Shown here piece by piece: positions 39,463 to 51,644 of a stretch of DNA of 64,000 nt. Both the position numbers and the translations under genes were made by a program. The first letter of the stretch is position 1. Each line of letters starts with the position of its first letter. Origin of the DNA: Trypanosoma brucei (taxonomy: Eukaryota); contig CP000071.1 in the NCBI GenBank assembly GCA_000002445.1, positions 864,001-928,000 of the forward strand, given 5' to 3'. The notes below the pieces were generated by a model. The model worked only from the letters and a program-made list of their open reading frames with translations. It made no database searches and was not told the DNA's origin.

Positions 39463-41676
39463 ATGAAATATAGTGGTGACACTCCTGTGGCGGATGATGA
39501 AGCTGTTGACAAGCTTCGAGGTGAGCTGGTCGACCTCCAGAAGCGCTTTATTCTCCTCTTCAAAGCTTCCGGCCAAAGTCTCGAGCAGATTCGGTCAACT
39601 GTTGAATCGTCCCTCAAGTCACGAGCAAATGAACCCACACAAGGTGGGCGATTAAGTGACAGGGACAGCATGCTGCAGGACCTCGTGAGAATTGTTGAGC
39701 GAACTCAGCGTTATGTACAGTTGGCTGGAAAACCTCCACTAGGTTCTGTTTCCGCAGATGCACTCCAGATAGAGTATCAATCGTGGGCAAGCAATATGCC
39801 TACTGCCAGTTCGCATCGCAGTCACGGGGATCATGCAACCACGGAGCAACGTGTGAAGAGTCTTCAACTTGAAAGAGATGACGTTAAGAGGAAACTGCAG
39901 GAAGCGGAAGAGAATAACGCGAAATTGCAGCGGAAACTAAAGGCCGCTGTGCAGAAGTATAACCACCTTGCGAAGAATACGAAGGAGATGGGCGAGCCCA
40001 GTCACACAACGAGAGCTCGCACTTTGAGTCCCAGTGCGCACAATGGCAATTCTTCAAAATCATCGGAAGCAGTGTCTAAACGCTTTACTGGTCACAGCTA
40101 CAGAGATTCCGCCGGACAGCGATCGTGCCGTCAAAATTCTTGTAATGATGTAGTCGGAGATTCTGCGTTTAACAGCCAGCACACCTCAGCCCGTGGTGGA
40201 TCATCGGAGTTTCTGGATGCGGTGCGGCAGGATAACGCCTCACTTCGGAGAGAGGTCACTAAGCTCAAAGAAGAGCTGCGGCAAACACAGCGAGGGGCTA
40301 TTGCGCGAACTAAACAAGGGGACGAGGATGTGGGATCATTGCTTATGAAAATTACTGGCTTGAAGCAGGAGCTTGTGTTGGAGGAGCGGCAGCGAATGGA
40401 CGCCTTGCTGCACTTGGGTGAGGCCAAGCGGGAAAATCAACGACTGGTGACCCAAGTAGAGGAGTTAAAACAACAGCTAGTGCACGTGCAGCAGTCGGAC
40501 GGCCGTGTCCCTGATGTAATCTCCGTCGAAAGCAAAGAGACAAACATTATGAATAGCCTAGGGAAGGAGCTGGGTCACACACAGCAGGTCGCTGCGATGC
40601 AAGTGTTGCAGGCGAAGGAATTGACTCGGGTGTTGGAGAGGATGCAGGACTTCTTACACTCGTCGTTTTTGAAGCAGAGGAAGTTGGTAACGGAGCTAGA
40701 AAAAGCGGGGAAAGGTTGGAGCACCACGCCCCTGCAGCTGGAGGCGGCGCAAACCCACGAGGGTTGCACGCCTGCAAATAAGGTGAAGATAGAGGACGCC
40801 AATGTGTCATCCCCTGGCGTGGAGTCGAGTGGAGGGAAGAGCAGAACGATATTAAAGGCTTCTGATGACAGTGGTAGTAGCGATTTGAACACTTTCTGTG
40901 ACCGGGTACTCACTGTGGACGACGTGGATCCTCTTACCTTGGGCAAGAATGATGGCGACACACATCTTCGTAGTCAGAACAGCGAACTTGTGAAGGAGAA
41001 TCAGCAATTACACGATGCACTTTCCAAACTTTCGATGATGTATCGGTCGACGAAGGAAAAACCCAAAAGTGGTGAGCGGTCGGTGATGGAACGTGAGGCT
41101 CTTCCTCCCGGAGTGAAGCAACCTGACAGGTCTGCTGAGGTTGCAAGCGCAAAAAGGGTTGTGAAGGAGCACGTGCGTAAAGATAATGCAAAAGCACATC
41201 GGGATGCCAAAAAAGAAAAGGCCCAATCCTCACTTCGGGAGCAAGTACCCCCAAAGCAGTTACCGGTGCAACCGCATCAGCTCCCCAAAGCACCAAAACC
41301 CCAAGCTCAACGTGATCTGCCACCAAAGTCACCCGTGCGAAGACACGACTCTCATCTGCAGCGGTCTCGGACGACGACACCGAGACGGGAAGCGCATGCG
41401 CAATACGACCAAAAGCAACGACACAACCTGTCAAGTTCATTGCAAGCTGAGACCGGCTATACTCAGTCGCCTTCAGCTTCTCAGAGTAGAGACGACCGGT
41501 CTTCTTCACATTCCTCCACTAGTACCGCTAGGTTTTTACGTAGATTGGCAGAGTTTCGTTTCCCAAAGGAGGGTGCTGCAAGTGTTCCTGATAGTGGCGA
41601 AAGAAACACAGATAGTGGTAAGGATGATGTGCGGAATTTCTCACCTCCCCGGCTGAGCTATATGAAGTCCACGTAA
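39463..41676 (+). CDS. Hypothetical coiled-coil protein (737 aa) with a basic, S/P/K/R-rich C-terminus.
   Basis: ATG AAA TAT start. Heptad-rich segments (LQLERDDVKRKLQEAEENNAKLQRKLKAAVQKY; LKEELRQTQRG...). The C-terminal 200 aa are low-complexity and basic (PKAPKPQAQRDLPPKSPVRRHDSHLQRSRTTTPRREAH). Confidence 0.6.
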   Translation: MKYSGDTPVADDEAVDKLRGELVDLQKRFILLFKASGQSLEQIRSTVESSLKSRANEPTQGGRLSDRDSMLQDLVRIVERTQRYVQLAGKPPLGSVSADALQIEYQSWASNMPTASSHRSHGDHATTEQRVKSLQLERDDVKRKLQEAEENNAKLQRKLKAAVQKYNHLAKNTKEMGEPSHTTRARTLSPSAHNGNSSKSSEAVSKRFTGHSYRDSAGQRSCRQNSCNDVVGDSAFNSQHTSARGGSSEFLDAVRQDNASLRREVTKLKEELRQTQRGAIARTKQGDEDVGSLLMKITGLKQELVLEERQRMDALLHLGEAKRENQRLVTQVEELKQQLVHVQQSDGRVPDVISVESKETNIMNSLGKELGHTQQVAAMQVLQAKELTRVLERMQDFLHSSFLKQRKLVTELEKAGKGWSTTPLQLEAAQTHEGCTPANKVKIEDANVSSPGVESSGGKSRTILKASDDSGSSDLNTFCDRVLTVDDVDPLTLGKNDGDTHLRSQNSELVKENQQLHDALSKLSMMYRSTKEKPKSGERSVMEREALPPGVKQPDRSAEVASAKRVVKEHVRKDNAKAHRDAKKEKAQSSLREQVPPKQLPVQPHQLPKAPKPQAQRDLPPKSPVRRHDSHLQRSRTTTPRREAHAQYDQKQRHNLSSSLQAETGYTQSPSASQSRDDRSSSHSSTSTARFLRRLAEFRFPKEGAASVPDSGERNTDSGKDDVRNFSPPRLSYMKST

Positions 41677-43277
41677 ATTTTGTGCGTTCAGTGAGATGAA
41701 GCTCTTTTCCCTCGTGTGAAATGATCGCACATTTGCGTTCTCTGACACTTTGATGAGGTGAGGTTAGATGCGTGGCCTGAGTTCCGCCTTCTCATCCCAT
41801 GATGTTACATTTATGTGACTTATTGTTTTGTTTTTGATTTCCATTCCGTATTTTCCCCTCTTCCAAGCCTCTTAGCGCTCGTATTTTTTTTTTTTTCACA
41901 TTTTTGCCTTTTCCGTCCTTTTGGGGCCGCATTGGGGAACGCAATATGTGCGAGTGCAATGACAGATAGATTTCCATACTTTCTCTTTATTTTAATTCTT
42001 CACTCCATAGGACACGTTCACTGGTGGTGGGTATCGGTGTGTGTGCCTGCCTACTCGCATTATTTATATATACGCTTTTTACACGTCTTGTTCGCTTTAT
42101 CTGTGAGTGGTGATTCAGCCGTTTCGTTGGAGATGTAAATATGCTGCACTAGCCTACTTCTCTGTTTATACACGCGCGTATATGAATGTATAAGTGAACA
42201 CTTCCCTCTTCTGTGTTCTCTACCACTTGCTCATCTTATTTTTTTGTGTGTTTCAGTGGTGGTAGCGCTCCTTCCTCGTGACTACACATCCGCGTTGCAT
42301 TGCGTGTTGTGAGGTTCTGAGAGATGTTTTCAATGTTGTGCCCCCGCGCGTGTTTTTGTTTTTGTTTCTTTTTCCTTTTTTGCGTTTGCTCCACGCAACT
42401 GAGGGTTCCCACAGAATGAGGTCTTTGCGGGTTTGCAGCTGACATGTGAGCACTGCCGCAAAGGGTTGAAAGGCAAAAGCAGAGGGAAAGCGGGGAAAAG
42501 CAAGGGGAACTACGTACGTTAATAAGGCAGAAGTAATGACGGAGTGAATATTTCGGTGGGCTTTTGTACATGTGGGCTTTGTTGCTCCTCCAAACACTGT
42601 GTATGATTGAGCGGGTAAAGAGGGAAAAAAGAATCTGAGCTTGTGTTTGGCCGTTTGGATGTTTGTTGTTGGCCGTTGGTATTGCATGCTTCCATCGTTG
42701 TAAGCCACAGGAAGATGCAAGTTCGAGAAGAAGTGAGGGGTCGAAACATATACATATTATGTATTATACATATATAGAAGTGTGTCGCTCTTGGTGTTGG
42801 CGAGTCGGCGAATGTTATTTAATAGGAATTGATCACTCTGGACTCGGTCCGTTATTGCAGTGTTTTTCATTTGGCGTGCCTCCTCTCCGTTGCTTTTTCC
42901 TATCATAAATATATAATCATTCACGTAAGCTGCAACATTTTTTTGTTTTTGTGTTCCTCCTTACTAACTTTTATTTTTGCGTTTGCATCTACAGGCCCCT
43001 CCTCTGCGTAAATTTCCTTTCCTTCCCTCTACCCAATTGTTTTTCTTCCGCCATGCCATTATCTGCAGGAAGTGGACATCGTAACGTTGTCTACTTTCGA
43101 TGTTGTGTTAATTCCCCTTCTGATAAGGTTTCGTCATGCTCGGACATATTTTTCTCACCCCCCCCCCCATTTCCGCCCTTTTGTTGCGAGCTTCTCATAA
43201 CACCCCATTCGGGTTGCTGCGTATTCCCTAATTTCTGTGTCTTCTTCTTCGTACTTTTGAACGTTTTAAGCAAGAGG

Positions 43278-45089
43278 ATGGAGACGAAGCGTAGTTTCGA
43301 CTCTTTGGGCATTCACCCAACATTGGTCGAAGCGCTCCGCCGTGCTGGAGTACGGCCGACGCCGTTTCAGGCGCGCGTATTAGAGAACACCACGACTGAC
43401 CTCGCTGATATCATCGTCGATGCGCGTGCTGTGAGTGGCGAAAGTTCGAGTGGGGTATCGGCCGCTGAAGGTGCCACTAACGCGCAACCGACGGTTTCCG
43501 AGCGAAACAACCTCATGATGATATTTGTGGCGCATTGCGTGCTTTCCTCAAGAGATTCGGCACGCCACATAGGGTTAGTGTTGGCCAACAACAAGGAAAA
43601 CGCTGGGCGTCTACAAAAGTGCGTGGCAAACCTTGCTGCGCGCTGCGGCATTACCGTTGAAACGATGACAAATGAGGGGCAAAAACCACAGCTTCCATCT
43701 GCTGAGGGAGATGAAAGGGAATGCAGCAGCAATGGTGGGAAGCAAACTGATGGTGAAGGAGAATATCGCATCATCATTGCAACAATGCGTGCACTACACT
43801 CCTGGGACAAAGCACTCTTTGCACCCGTCGTAACGTTTGCTGTGGAAGATGCCAGTCGAAGTTTCGATCCGCCGCTGGACGATGTTCTGCGGTTGTTGAC
43901 CCAACCGAACAAAACAGGGCAGGGGCAGTCTAATCGTACTGGATCGCCCTTGCCGTCCCCGGGGGCGCCCGCTTTCGTGCCCAACATATTCCTGATGTGC
44001 CTTGCATCTCCAGTTTCTTTGAAACAGAGTATTAGGTACAGGTTAAACCGAAAAAACCGTCGGTATTACCACATACAAACTCCTTCTGAATCACATCCCC
44101 CTTCGCCGTCCCCCTCCGCAGGTGTTGGTGATGCCACTCAGGACCCCGCATCTGAGCAACTGCATGTGCCACCGAGTACGACGCCACCTGCGTCAACGCA
44201 GGTTCTATACCTGTTGTACATCGATGAGAATGACCGTATGGAGCTGCTGCAGCGTGTACTAAAAATGTACGCGGGTCGTCGCACTCTGTTACTTACTCAC
44301 CATAAGGAGATCCGACAGTTGCATCAGAAGGTGATTAAGTGGGACATGTACAACACTACCGGAGAGGCGGGGGGAAATGGCGGTGGGAGTATAAAAGCGA
44401 CGGAATATGTTCACTGCATGCAGCGCACCGATACTCCCGAGAGACAGGAGTCGACCGTGATGGCCTTCATTCGTGAATCCACATCCGGCAATCGAGGTGG
44501 TGCCGGTAACAAAAAGTCAGTGCCGCCTACGCTCTTGATCGGATGGGATACCTTTACCGCAATAGATCTCGTGGACGTGGATGTGGTTATCCAATACTAC
44601 CCACCGCAAAAGTCAATTACGCGGCAGGAATGTGTTGGATTCGTGCAGGTGCTACACACGACGACTGACCCGAAAGTGGGTGGCCGATGCCACCGCACGA
44701 CGCTTATAACTTTTCTTTCCACCAGCGACTTCACACTAGCCGCCTTCTTCATGGAGCAGTACGGTCTTCGTGGCCATATACTTAACGTCACCCCGTCGCA
44801 CCATCACTTTGAGCGGTGCCTCCGCAATTCGGCCGGTGTCTTGGAGTACAAACTGCGGAAGCAATGCGAGTCACTTCATGACGAGGGTTCTGAATCTAAT
44901 GGCACGGCGCAGTGTTCGATTCCCTTCTCGCGACCGCGTTCACGAAGGCGTGGTAATGGAAACCGAAATGCTGGTAGTAACAATGGCGTCGGCACCAACG
45001 CTAGCACTCAAGCTAATATGAATGCTGCTCCAAGCACGAGCAACAGTGACACCGAAACCCGCCGTCCGCTGGGGCGCCACCGTGGTTGA
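43278..45089 (+). CDS. DEAD-box helicase-fold protein with degenerate ATPase motifs (603 aa); likely a catalytically inactive pseudo-helicase.
   Basis: Q-motif-like N-terminus (FDSLGIHPTLVEALRRAGVRPTPFQARVL). EYRIIIATMRAL is TPGRL-like. VTFAVEDASRSFD sits where VLDEADRMLD is expected. LLIGWDTFTAIDLVDVDVVIQYYPPQKSITRQECVGF sits where VLVATDVAARGLDI..V..VINYD.P.....YVHRIGRTGR is expected. There is no GxGKT Walker A. The ORF-track entry starts at 42951, but its first 109 codons are polypyrimidine 5' UTR-like (FLLTNFYFCVCIY...). Confidence 0.6.
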   Translation: METKRSFDSLGIHPTLVEALRRAGVRPTPFQARVLENTTTDLADIIVDARAVSGESSSGVSAAEGATNAQPTVSERNNLMMIFVAHCVLSSRDSARHIGLVLANNKENAGRLQKCVANLAARCGITVETMTNEGQKPQLPSAEGDERECSSNGGKQTDGEGEYRIIIATMRALHSWDKALFAPVVTFAVEDASRSFDPPLDDVLRLLTQPNKTGQGQSNRTGSPLPSPGAPAFVPNIFLMCLASPVSLKQSIRYRLNRKNRRYYHIQTPSESHPPSPSPSAGVGDATQDPASEQLHVPPSTTPPASTQVLYLLYIDENDRMELLQRVLKMYAGRRTLLLTHHKEIRQLHQKVIKWDMYNTTGEAGGNGGGSIKATEYVHCMQRTDTPERQESTVMAFIRESTSGNRGGAGNKKSVPPTLLIGWDTFTAIDLVDVDVVIQYYPPQKSITRQECVGFVQVLHTTTDPKVGGRCHRTTLITFLSTSDFTLAAFFMEQYGLRGHILNVTPSHHHFERCLRNSAGVLEYKLRKQCESLHDEGSESNGTAQCSIPFSRPRSRRRGNGNRNAGSNNGVGTNASTQANMNAAPSTSNSDTETRRPLGRHRG

Positions 45090-47398
45090 ATAGGAACCAT
45101 GGAATTCTCTGCAAGTGAGCGGTTATTGTAATGCTTGCGTGTGATGAGTAAGGGAATAAAAGTTGTGGAACTTCGGTTTCAATATCAGCGGCAAAGGGGC
45201 TACGCCATGGGCACACACATATGCATGTGTGTATGTGCGAGTAGGGCACCCGAATGTGTGTGCTTGGCTGCTACATCGCAGCCACGTGTTTGTGTTTGTG
45301 TGCGTGGCACGCTGCTTACTTTATTTTATTCTATTTTTTTTTTCGCATTTTCCCTACGTTTGTTAAATTTTCTCTTATTTCCACATAAAGTGCTGGATGA
45401 AATGAAGATAAACGACATGGTGGTGTAGGGATGAATCTCACCGAGGAAAAAAAGAAAAAAGGGGGAAAACGAAAAACACCACTAAAAACAAAACAAAAAA
45501 AACAAACAGTTCAACTCATACCTTAAAGAGAGTAAAGAGATGCCAAGAGGGGAACGAAAATCTCACAAACACATACTATCGATAGAAGATAGAAGTAAAC
45601 TCGCAATTGGTAAAACAAAAGGAGGGATGATGGTGATGATAAGGGTGCCGATGGTAAGGAGGTGGAGAGAACAGGAATGTTACGAGCAACTGCTGTTGCA
45701 ACTGGAGACGGGGGAGCGGCAATAAATGGAACGATACAAAAGGGTGAAGGTAAAGGCGACAGTAAAGGAATGTATTTGCGGTGAGTCGGTTCTTTTTCGT
45801 GTTGTATTGCTTCATTCTTTTTGTTTTATTTTTGTTTTAGAGGGTGCATATGTCTTCATCCCGTTTGCTGACTCAAATACCTTTCTAACAAACTTATTGG
45901 CCATTTATTCTTGGGCTTTCTTGTTTCCACACGTGGTTTTTCTTCTTTTCCTCTTTCGGGTCGTTTTCGCATCCATTCCGTCAACCTCCTCGCTATCGTT
46001 GTATTTTTTCCGGCTTCGTTCTTTGTTCCCACTTGTGTTTTTTTCTTTACTTTCTGTGCTTTTATTATGATTACTATTATCATTATCATTATTGTTTTTT
46101 TTTCGTTTTCTCTCCTTCCTACACTCCCCAAAACGAGAGAGAAAGGAAAAAGAAACTTGTACGCCACTTTCACAAATGGATGTTGGCGCACAGTTTTCAT
46201 TCCCCGTGTTCGTGTTTGTATAAAATCTATAGGGCATTATCTGGGACTTGCATGAGCGGTGAAAGCCGTCTTTGCTTGCTTCTCTCCTTTGCTCTCTTGT
46301 TTATTGTTTCTTTTTTCTATTTTGTGTGTGCGTGGCCGCTGCGTATCCAATGATTTTTGCACGCCTCGACTCCTCTCTCTCTTACTTTCTTTCGCTCCAG
46401 CGATAAGAAATAGGGAGAACAGCCACAACTAACTAACTAAATAAAAAAAAATAAAAAGAAACGGTCAGGAGGAAGAGAGGGAATAGTCAGGAAAACTAGA
46501 GAATGAAGTGGGAGAGCACGAATAAAAAAAGTGTAGGATGCTTTTCCTGCTGGCAATGCGGGTGTGAGGCAGCTAGGCTGTAGGTGTATTTGTGTATTTT
46601 GATCTTCGCGTGATTGAATACTCAGCTCTCGCCTCCACTTTTATTTTATTTTCCTCCATGCACCGTTCTCATACTTCACCTGTCATTTTCTTTCTCTTTC
46701 TCTGTGCTTCGTGCTTATAGCGAAGGATTCGGTACGCTTGACCGTGAGAGAGGGGGCCCACCAAGTGTTTTTTGTCTTTTTTTTTTTAAACTTTCAATCT
46801 CTTCCTTCCACTCATTTTCGTACTTTTGTATATCCTTTGCGTCTGTTTCTGCTTCATCCCGGTTCTTGTTTTTTTTTTTGCCCACGCTTCATTCTTCTGC
46901 TGTGGAGGGAGGGGGGAAGGGGTTTGAATGTGCCGTTATGAGTCTTGGGTCTAATGTCGACACAACCGTGAGGGTGCCGTGCTGTGGAATGGAGGTGAAG
47001 GAGAGGGAAGAATTTCAGGGAAAGGTGACAAAAAAGAGATTATGTGAAGTGAAAATAGAAGGGAGTGAAACAAAACACCAAAAGTAAAAAAAAAAGGTAC
47101 AGCGGCTAAGGGAGACGGGATGTGAAAGAGGACAGATGAAAGGAAACGAGCAAGTTTGTTTGGCCCCACGTGGCTCCCAGTTCCCCCTTCAACTACCGTC
47201 GACTCGACGATCGTGTGGGATTGTTTTGTCAGCCCTCCTCTCCGCTTCGCCTGGTCCCCCTTTCTTGCTTTCTTTTCTTTTTGTTTTGTGTGCGTGTTTC
47301 TATTCTTCCGGCCCAATGCGTGTCCCCAACGCGTAGGCAACCTAAAACGTTTTGGTTTGTTTTACAGTTTTCGCTTATTTTTCTCTTTTTCTTTCATT

Positions 47399-47416
47399 TG
47401 TGTGTGTGTGTGTGTG
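47399..47416. repeat. (TG)9 microsatellite.
   Basis: tgtgtgtgtgtgtgtgtg, read directly. Confidence 0.9.
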
Positions 47417-49658
47417 TTTCGCTTAGAGACTTCACTAGAGCCACCTGTCAATACCTTCACACGGTGCGCCGCTTTTTCTTCCATACTGCGCGCATGGACG
47501 TCTGAGGCTCATGTTCATGTGTGTTTTTCCTCGAGTGTACGACATAGCGGCGCTACTGGCGGCTGCAAGGTCGAGTCATTCCCCTTCTTTCTCGTTTGTT
47601 TCTTCTTTTGGATTTCTTGTCTTGTTTTTTTTTGTTAACGCTGTGCCCTTCTTTCCTCGCGTTCCTCGGAACCAATTGCGGTTTCTTTCGTTCTTATGTA
47701 TGACCCCGCCCCTCTTCCATTTGATGTCGCAACGGTCCACCTCTTTCTTTCTAGTGGCCACGTTTTTGTGTTAAGTTACTTGAAGTAGCGATGGGAGAAG
47801 CCTTTTATTGTTTTTTTTGTTTCAGCAGTCCTCTTGTGCCTGTGTTCGTGTTTTTGCGCTTTTGCTTGTGACTGCGGGGCGGGTGTCTTTTCTTTTTTTC
47901 TTTCTCTGCAATCAATTCACTCGTGTGCAATCACGTCTTTCTCAGTTGATTTTTTTTTGTTTCGAGGGTTTGTTTTTCTCCTTTTCCCACTCCCTGTACG
48001 GATGTGCGCATGGAACATACATAAATATATATATGTATTCGTTTCTATATGTTTATTTATACATATATGCGTACATGCTATTTATTTACTGTTGGCCTTT
48101 GGATCTTTTGATGGGATTAGGCCGGCGGGAAAAGGAACGGAGGGTGAGACGTTGGTTGAAGGGAGTTGCTGACACTGCATTGGGGGAAAACTGCGAGTGG
48201 CGGTGATTGTGTGCGTGTTGTAAGACATGAAGCAATGATGATGTGGAAACAGACAGTGAAAGGCATCTGTACGCATACGCGGCGGGCCTTTTCTCTCCTT
48301 AATTTTCGTTCTGTTTCTTGTTTTTCCCCCCTCTTATCTCTCCCTACTTCTCACACTGCGGCTGTGTCTGTGGCGTGACGTTGTTTGGCACATTTATCTT
48401 GTGGAGGGCACACTTTTTTCTTTTTCCTGTTTCTTTTTTCCCTTTTCCTCTTACAACATTCCCATTAACTACCGAAATGGGACAAATTTGGAGGGAAGGC
48501 TGGAAACTGGAGAAAACACCAAAAACAAAACCAAAACAACAACGGCACCAAACGGATGAGCGGGCGAGTGGAGTTCGAAGGTAGACAAGAAATACATATG
48601 CGAGAGGATGTATTTTACCGTTCCTCTCCTTTCAATAGTTTTCCTTCCCCCCTTTCCCCAGACACGAAATATCCCCTTTTCAAGTTTTAACCTGTGTACA
48701 TGCTTTGCGTCTTCCCATCTTCTTTGCTCTTTGTTATTATTGTTATTGATTTACTTATTTGTTTAACGTGAACTTTTTAACTGTTCCCATTTCGTAGCAG
48801 CATGTGGGTTGAACCTCGACCCGAGTGCCTCAACTTTGGCTGCCGCCGGACTGAAAGTGCTGCTGTGGGAAAGTCAGAAGAGGGAAGTGCAAGAACGACG
48901 CGGCAATAATGGAGTGCAACCGCATGCACAAGTTTGTCGGGCTGGTGTTGTCACGCAGCGTTTATTTGCGCCTGTACATGCATGAATACGTGCGTGTTTA
49001 TGAGGGGTTACGAGGAAACAAAGTGCGGGCATGAACTCCAGGGGAGGAGGAAATAAATAACTGGAAAAAAAAAGGAAAGAATAGTGTGGCCGATGCGTAT
49101 GGCTCTGGTGGAAGATGAGGTTCATGTGCGGCAACTCACCGGGCTCTACTCTACATTTCTCTTTTCTTTTTTTTTTTGTCATGCAAATGTTTTTCTCTCC
49201 GATGTTCGTTCCTTTTGCCTCTCTTCCTCCCTTTTGTTTAACGGTGTGACGTGCTTCATAAGCCTTCTCCGTAGTGCAGTAACTGAAGCAGTTCATCGTT
49301 GCTGGGGGGGGGCATGTGCTTGCGTTTTGAAGGTGTGTGTGTGTGGGACTCGCGTGGGTGCGAACTAAACCAAGCCAAGAAGGAAAGAAAAGAAAAAAAA
49401 TGCAGAACAGAAAAAGAAAAATAAAGAGGAGGGAAAAAGATTAATAACTAGACGGTGTGGGGACTACACTGATAAGATGACCAAATTGGTTTGTTATGTT
49501 TTCCAAGTACGGTGGAAGAGTTTCGATTGCGCATTCCCTCCCTTTTTTTTACCTTTCCTACGACCACTGCGTGCTTCCTTCTTTTCATCCAAACGCCCAG
49601 TTGGGGGCCAAGGAAGAGGAAGAAACATTGGCTCGGATTTCTCCATTAAGGATGTCTG

Positions 49659-49659
49659 C

Positions 49660-49686
<27 letters not shown>
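49659..49686. repeat. (AT)14 microsatellite.
   Basis: atatatatatatatatatatatatatat, read directly. Confidence 0.9.
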
Positions 49687-49691
<5 letters not shown>

Positions 49692-51644
49692 TATTTGCTT
49701 GTTTTTTTGTACCCTCCTCCAATTTTTGTTTTCCTCACCATGCGCATGTTTTCTTCTTTCCCTTCTCTCTTTTCTTGGCTATATGCCCGCTGACTGTTTT
49801 GGAGGCGGTAAGGACATCAAACGAAGAAAAATTCAGTGCAGGTGACAAAACAAAAGCAAGTACGACTCAGCAATACGTAAGTGTATATGTATTTTCTCGC
49901 ATATGTGTATTAACATATTGCTCCACCCCCATTCAGCTTATGCACCTTTTCCCTGTATTTCTGTATAGTTTGTGCTGCATTGCCGTTAAGTTCACCCTTA
50001 CGATGCCAGCGGTGATGATCTTTTTTTTCTTCTCACCATTGCTTTCCTCCTCCTCCTCCCCTTTTTTGTCTCTTGTATTTGCAGTGGCATCGTTTCTAAC
50101 GGCCATGCGGATCACAATTTTGTACCGACCGCACGGACATGCACTCACGCTGCCACCACTACTGCTGCAGATGTCACCCGCAGACACTCCGGTGTCTCCT
50201 TAGCATTTCGGGCCCTTCAATACTTTTACTCGCTTACTTCATCGTAACCATCACGGGGAGGGGAGACGGCGTATATGAAGGCAGGAGCAATAATATGAAG
50301 CAACATCAACTTTTGTCCCAACTGGAATGCTAACACTCGAAACGGAGCTGACACTTCTCACCTGCAAGGAGGGTAAAATAACAAAAAGTTATCCTTCTAT
50401 CCTACCGTTTCTACCTTTTACAAGCACTTGCGGAGCCACTTGGGACACTTAGGTGCTTTCTGCTCAGTAGGGCCGCGTTCAAAACCAAAAAAAAAAATGA
50501 ATCCTTTATGTGACCTAAATCCCGACGGCTGGTTTGCGGTCACAAATAAACCTACAGTATGAGCGGCTCCAAAGCGGGTTGACACTCGATGTTTCTCCAG
50601 CCAAATGCCACAAACGCATCATTTGCTGCACATATGCAGAGTTGGGGGTTGTGGTGGAGGTTTTGTACCTTGACGATCGCTCTGCATGCTGCATTCGGGA
50701 CACCACCACTCGAAGATGCACCGCTTTGGGGGAAATATGGGGGATACAATTCGGTGTGCTGATATAACTCTGCGCACCACCGATGATCTGTTCCGTCGTA
50801 TGTAAATGCGTTAATCATAAACGTACATAGCGACTGAATTGAGCCCGAAACCGGAAGCGATGTGTATTGTAAATTGCACTGTGTTTGGCAATGTGTTGTG
50901 CGTTGGGGGACCAAAGTCATGTGATGAGGCGCTGCGAGCATAATATTCGCGTGGTTACATACCAATACGTTGGTAGCGAATGGTTTTGCCCTTTACTAAC
51001 CGGGTGGCACCCGCACAACTCTGCAAGGACTTGATCCCGCTTAAGTTTGCGTGCACTGATGAAAAACAACCTGCTTATATTCGAGCGTGGTCCGGGCACC
51101 ACTAACCGTGTTTTGATTCCGTTATATTACCTCCATCCCCTTTTCGTGGTTGATGCACTACCCGCGAGCCGTTCTTTTTATTTGGTCTCAAATGTCTACT
51201 CACGTGTTTTGTTGTTGTGCCTGCGCTACATTTATCAGCCGATGATGCGGGAGACGTAGGAAGTCTGTGAGTTGTAGCAAAAGGTCTTTCTGTTGGCGGT
51301 ACGGTGTTTGCTTTGGCTTTACTCCGTTTCAGTGCTTATGAGCGTTCGTTCAGTTGTGGTTCCACGCTTCGTGTTGTACTGAATGGGAATACTGCGTTTC
51401 GCCTGTCACACTCTGTGCACGTGGTTTGTTCGTGAGTGTACTTTCTTTCCAGGTGTTTGAGTGTCTGTGTGCCGCTACAATTTATCCTTTTGTGTGTTGC
51501 CTTACTGCCCTTTGCTCCGCGGTGAAGCATTTCCTGTAGATTGTGGACGTTCTCAAACTTTTTTCCTTATTCGCCTTCCCTTTTCTCCCAGTGGTAGGCA
51601 GCGTGAAGCTGTGGATACTGCACCGGTATATTTCTCGTTTCCGT

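Larger units (their letters stand above)
45090..51540 (+). other. 6.4 kb gene-free, low-complexity, pyrimidine-rich tract inside the plus-strand unit. It is likely extended UTR/intergenic sequence, with a non-repetitive island at ~50.3-51.3 kb.
   Basis: The only ORFs are low-complexity translations of T/C-rich DNA (FLFFL, SLSLS, IYIYIY). Contains (TG)9, (AT)14, many T10+ runs, and G-rich blocks near 45.4-45.7 kb. Confidence 0.5.

Noticed and set aside
46614-50203. ORFs of 157, 160, 132 and 235 aa in the 45-51.5 kb block
   Set aside because: Translations are low-complexity (SFSFSFSVL, FLFFLPTLHS, IYIYIYIYICLFACFF) from T/C and AT microsatellite DNA; not protein-like.
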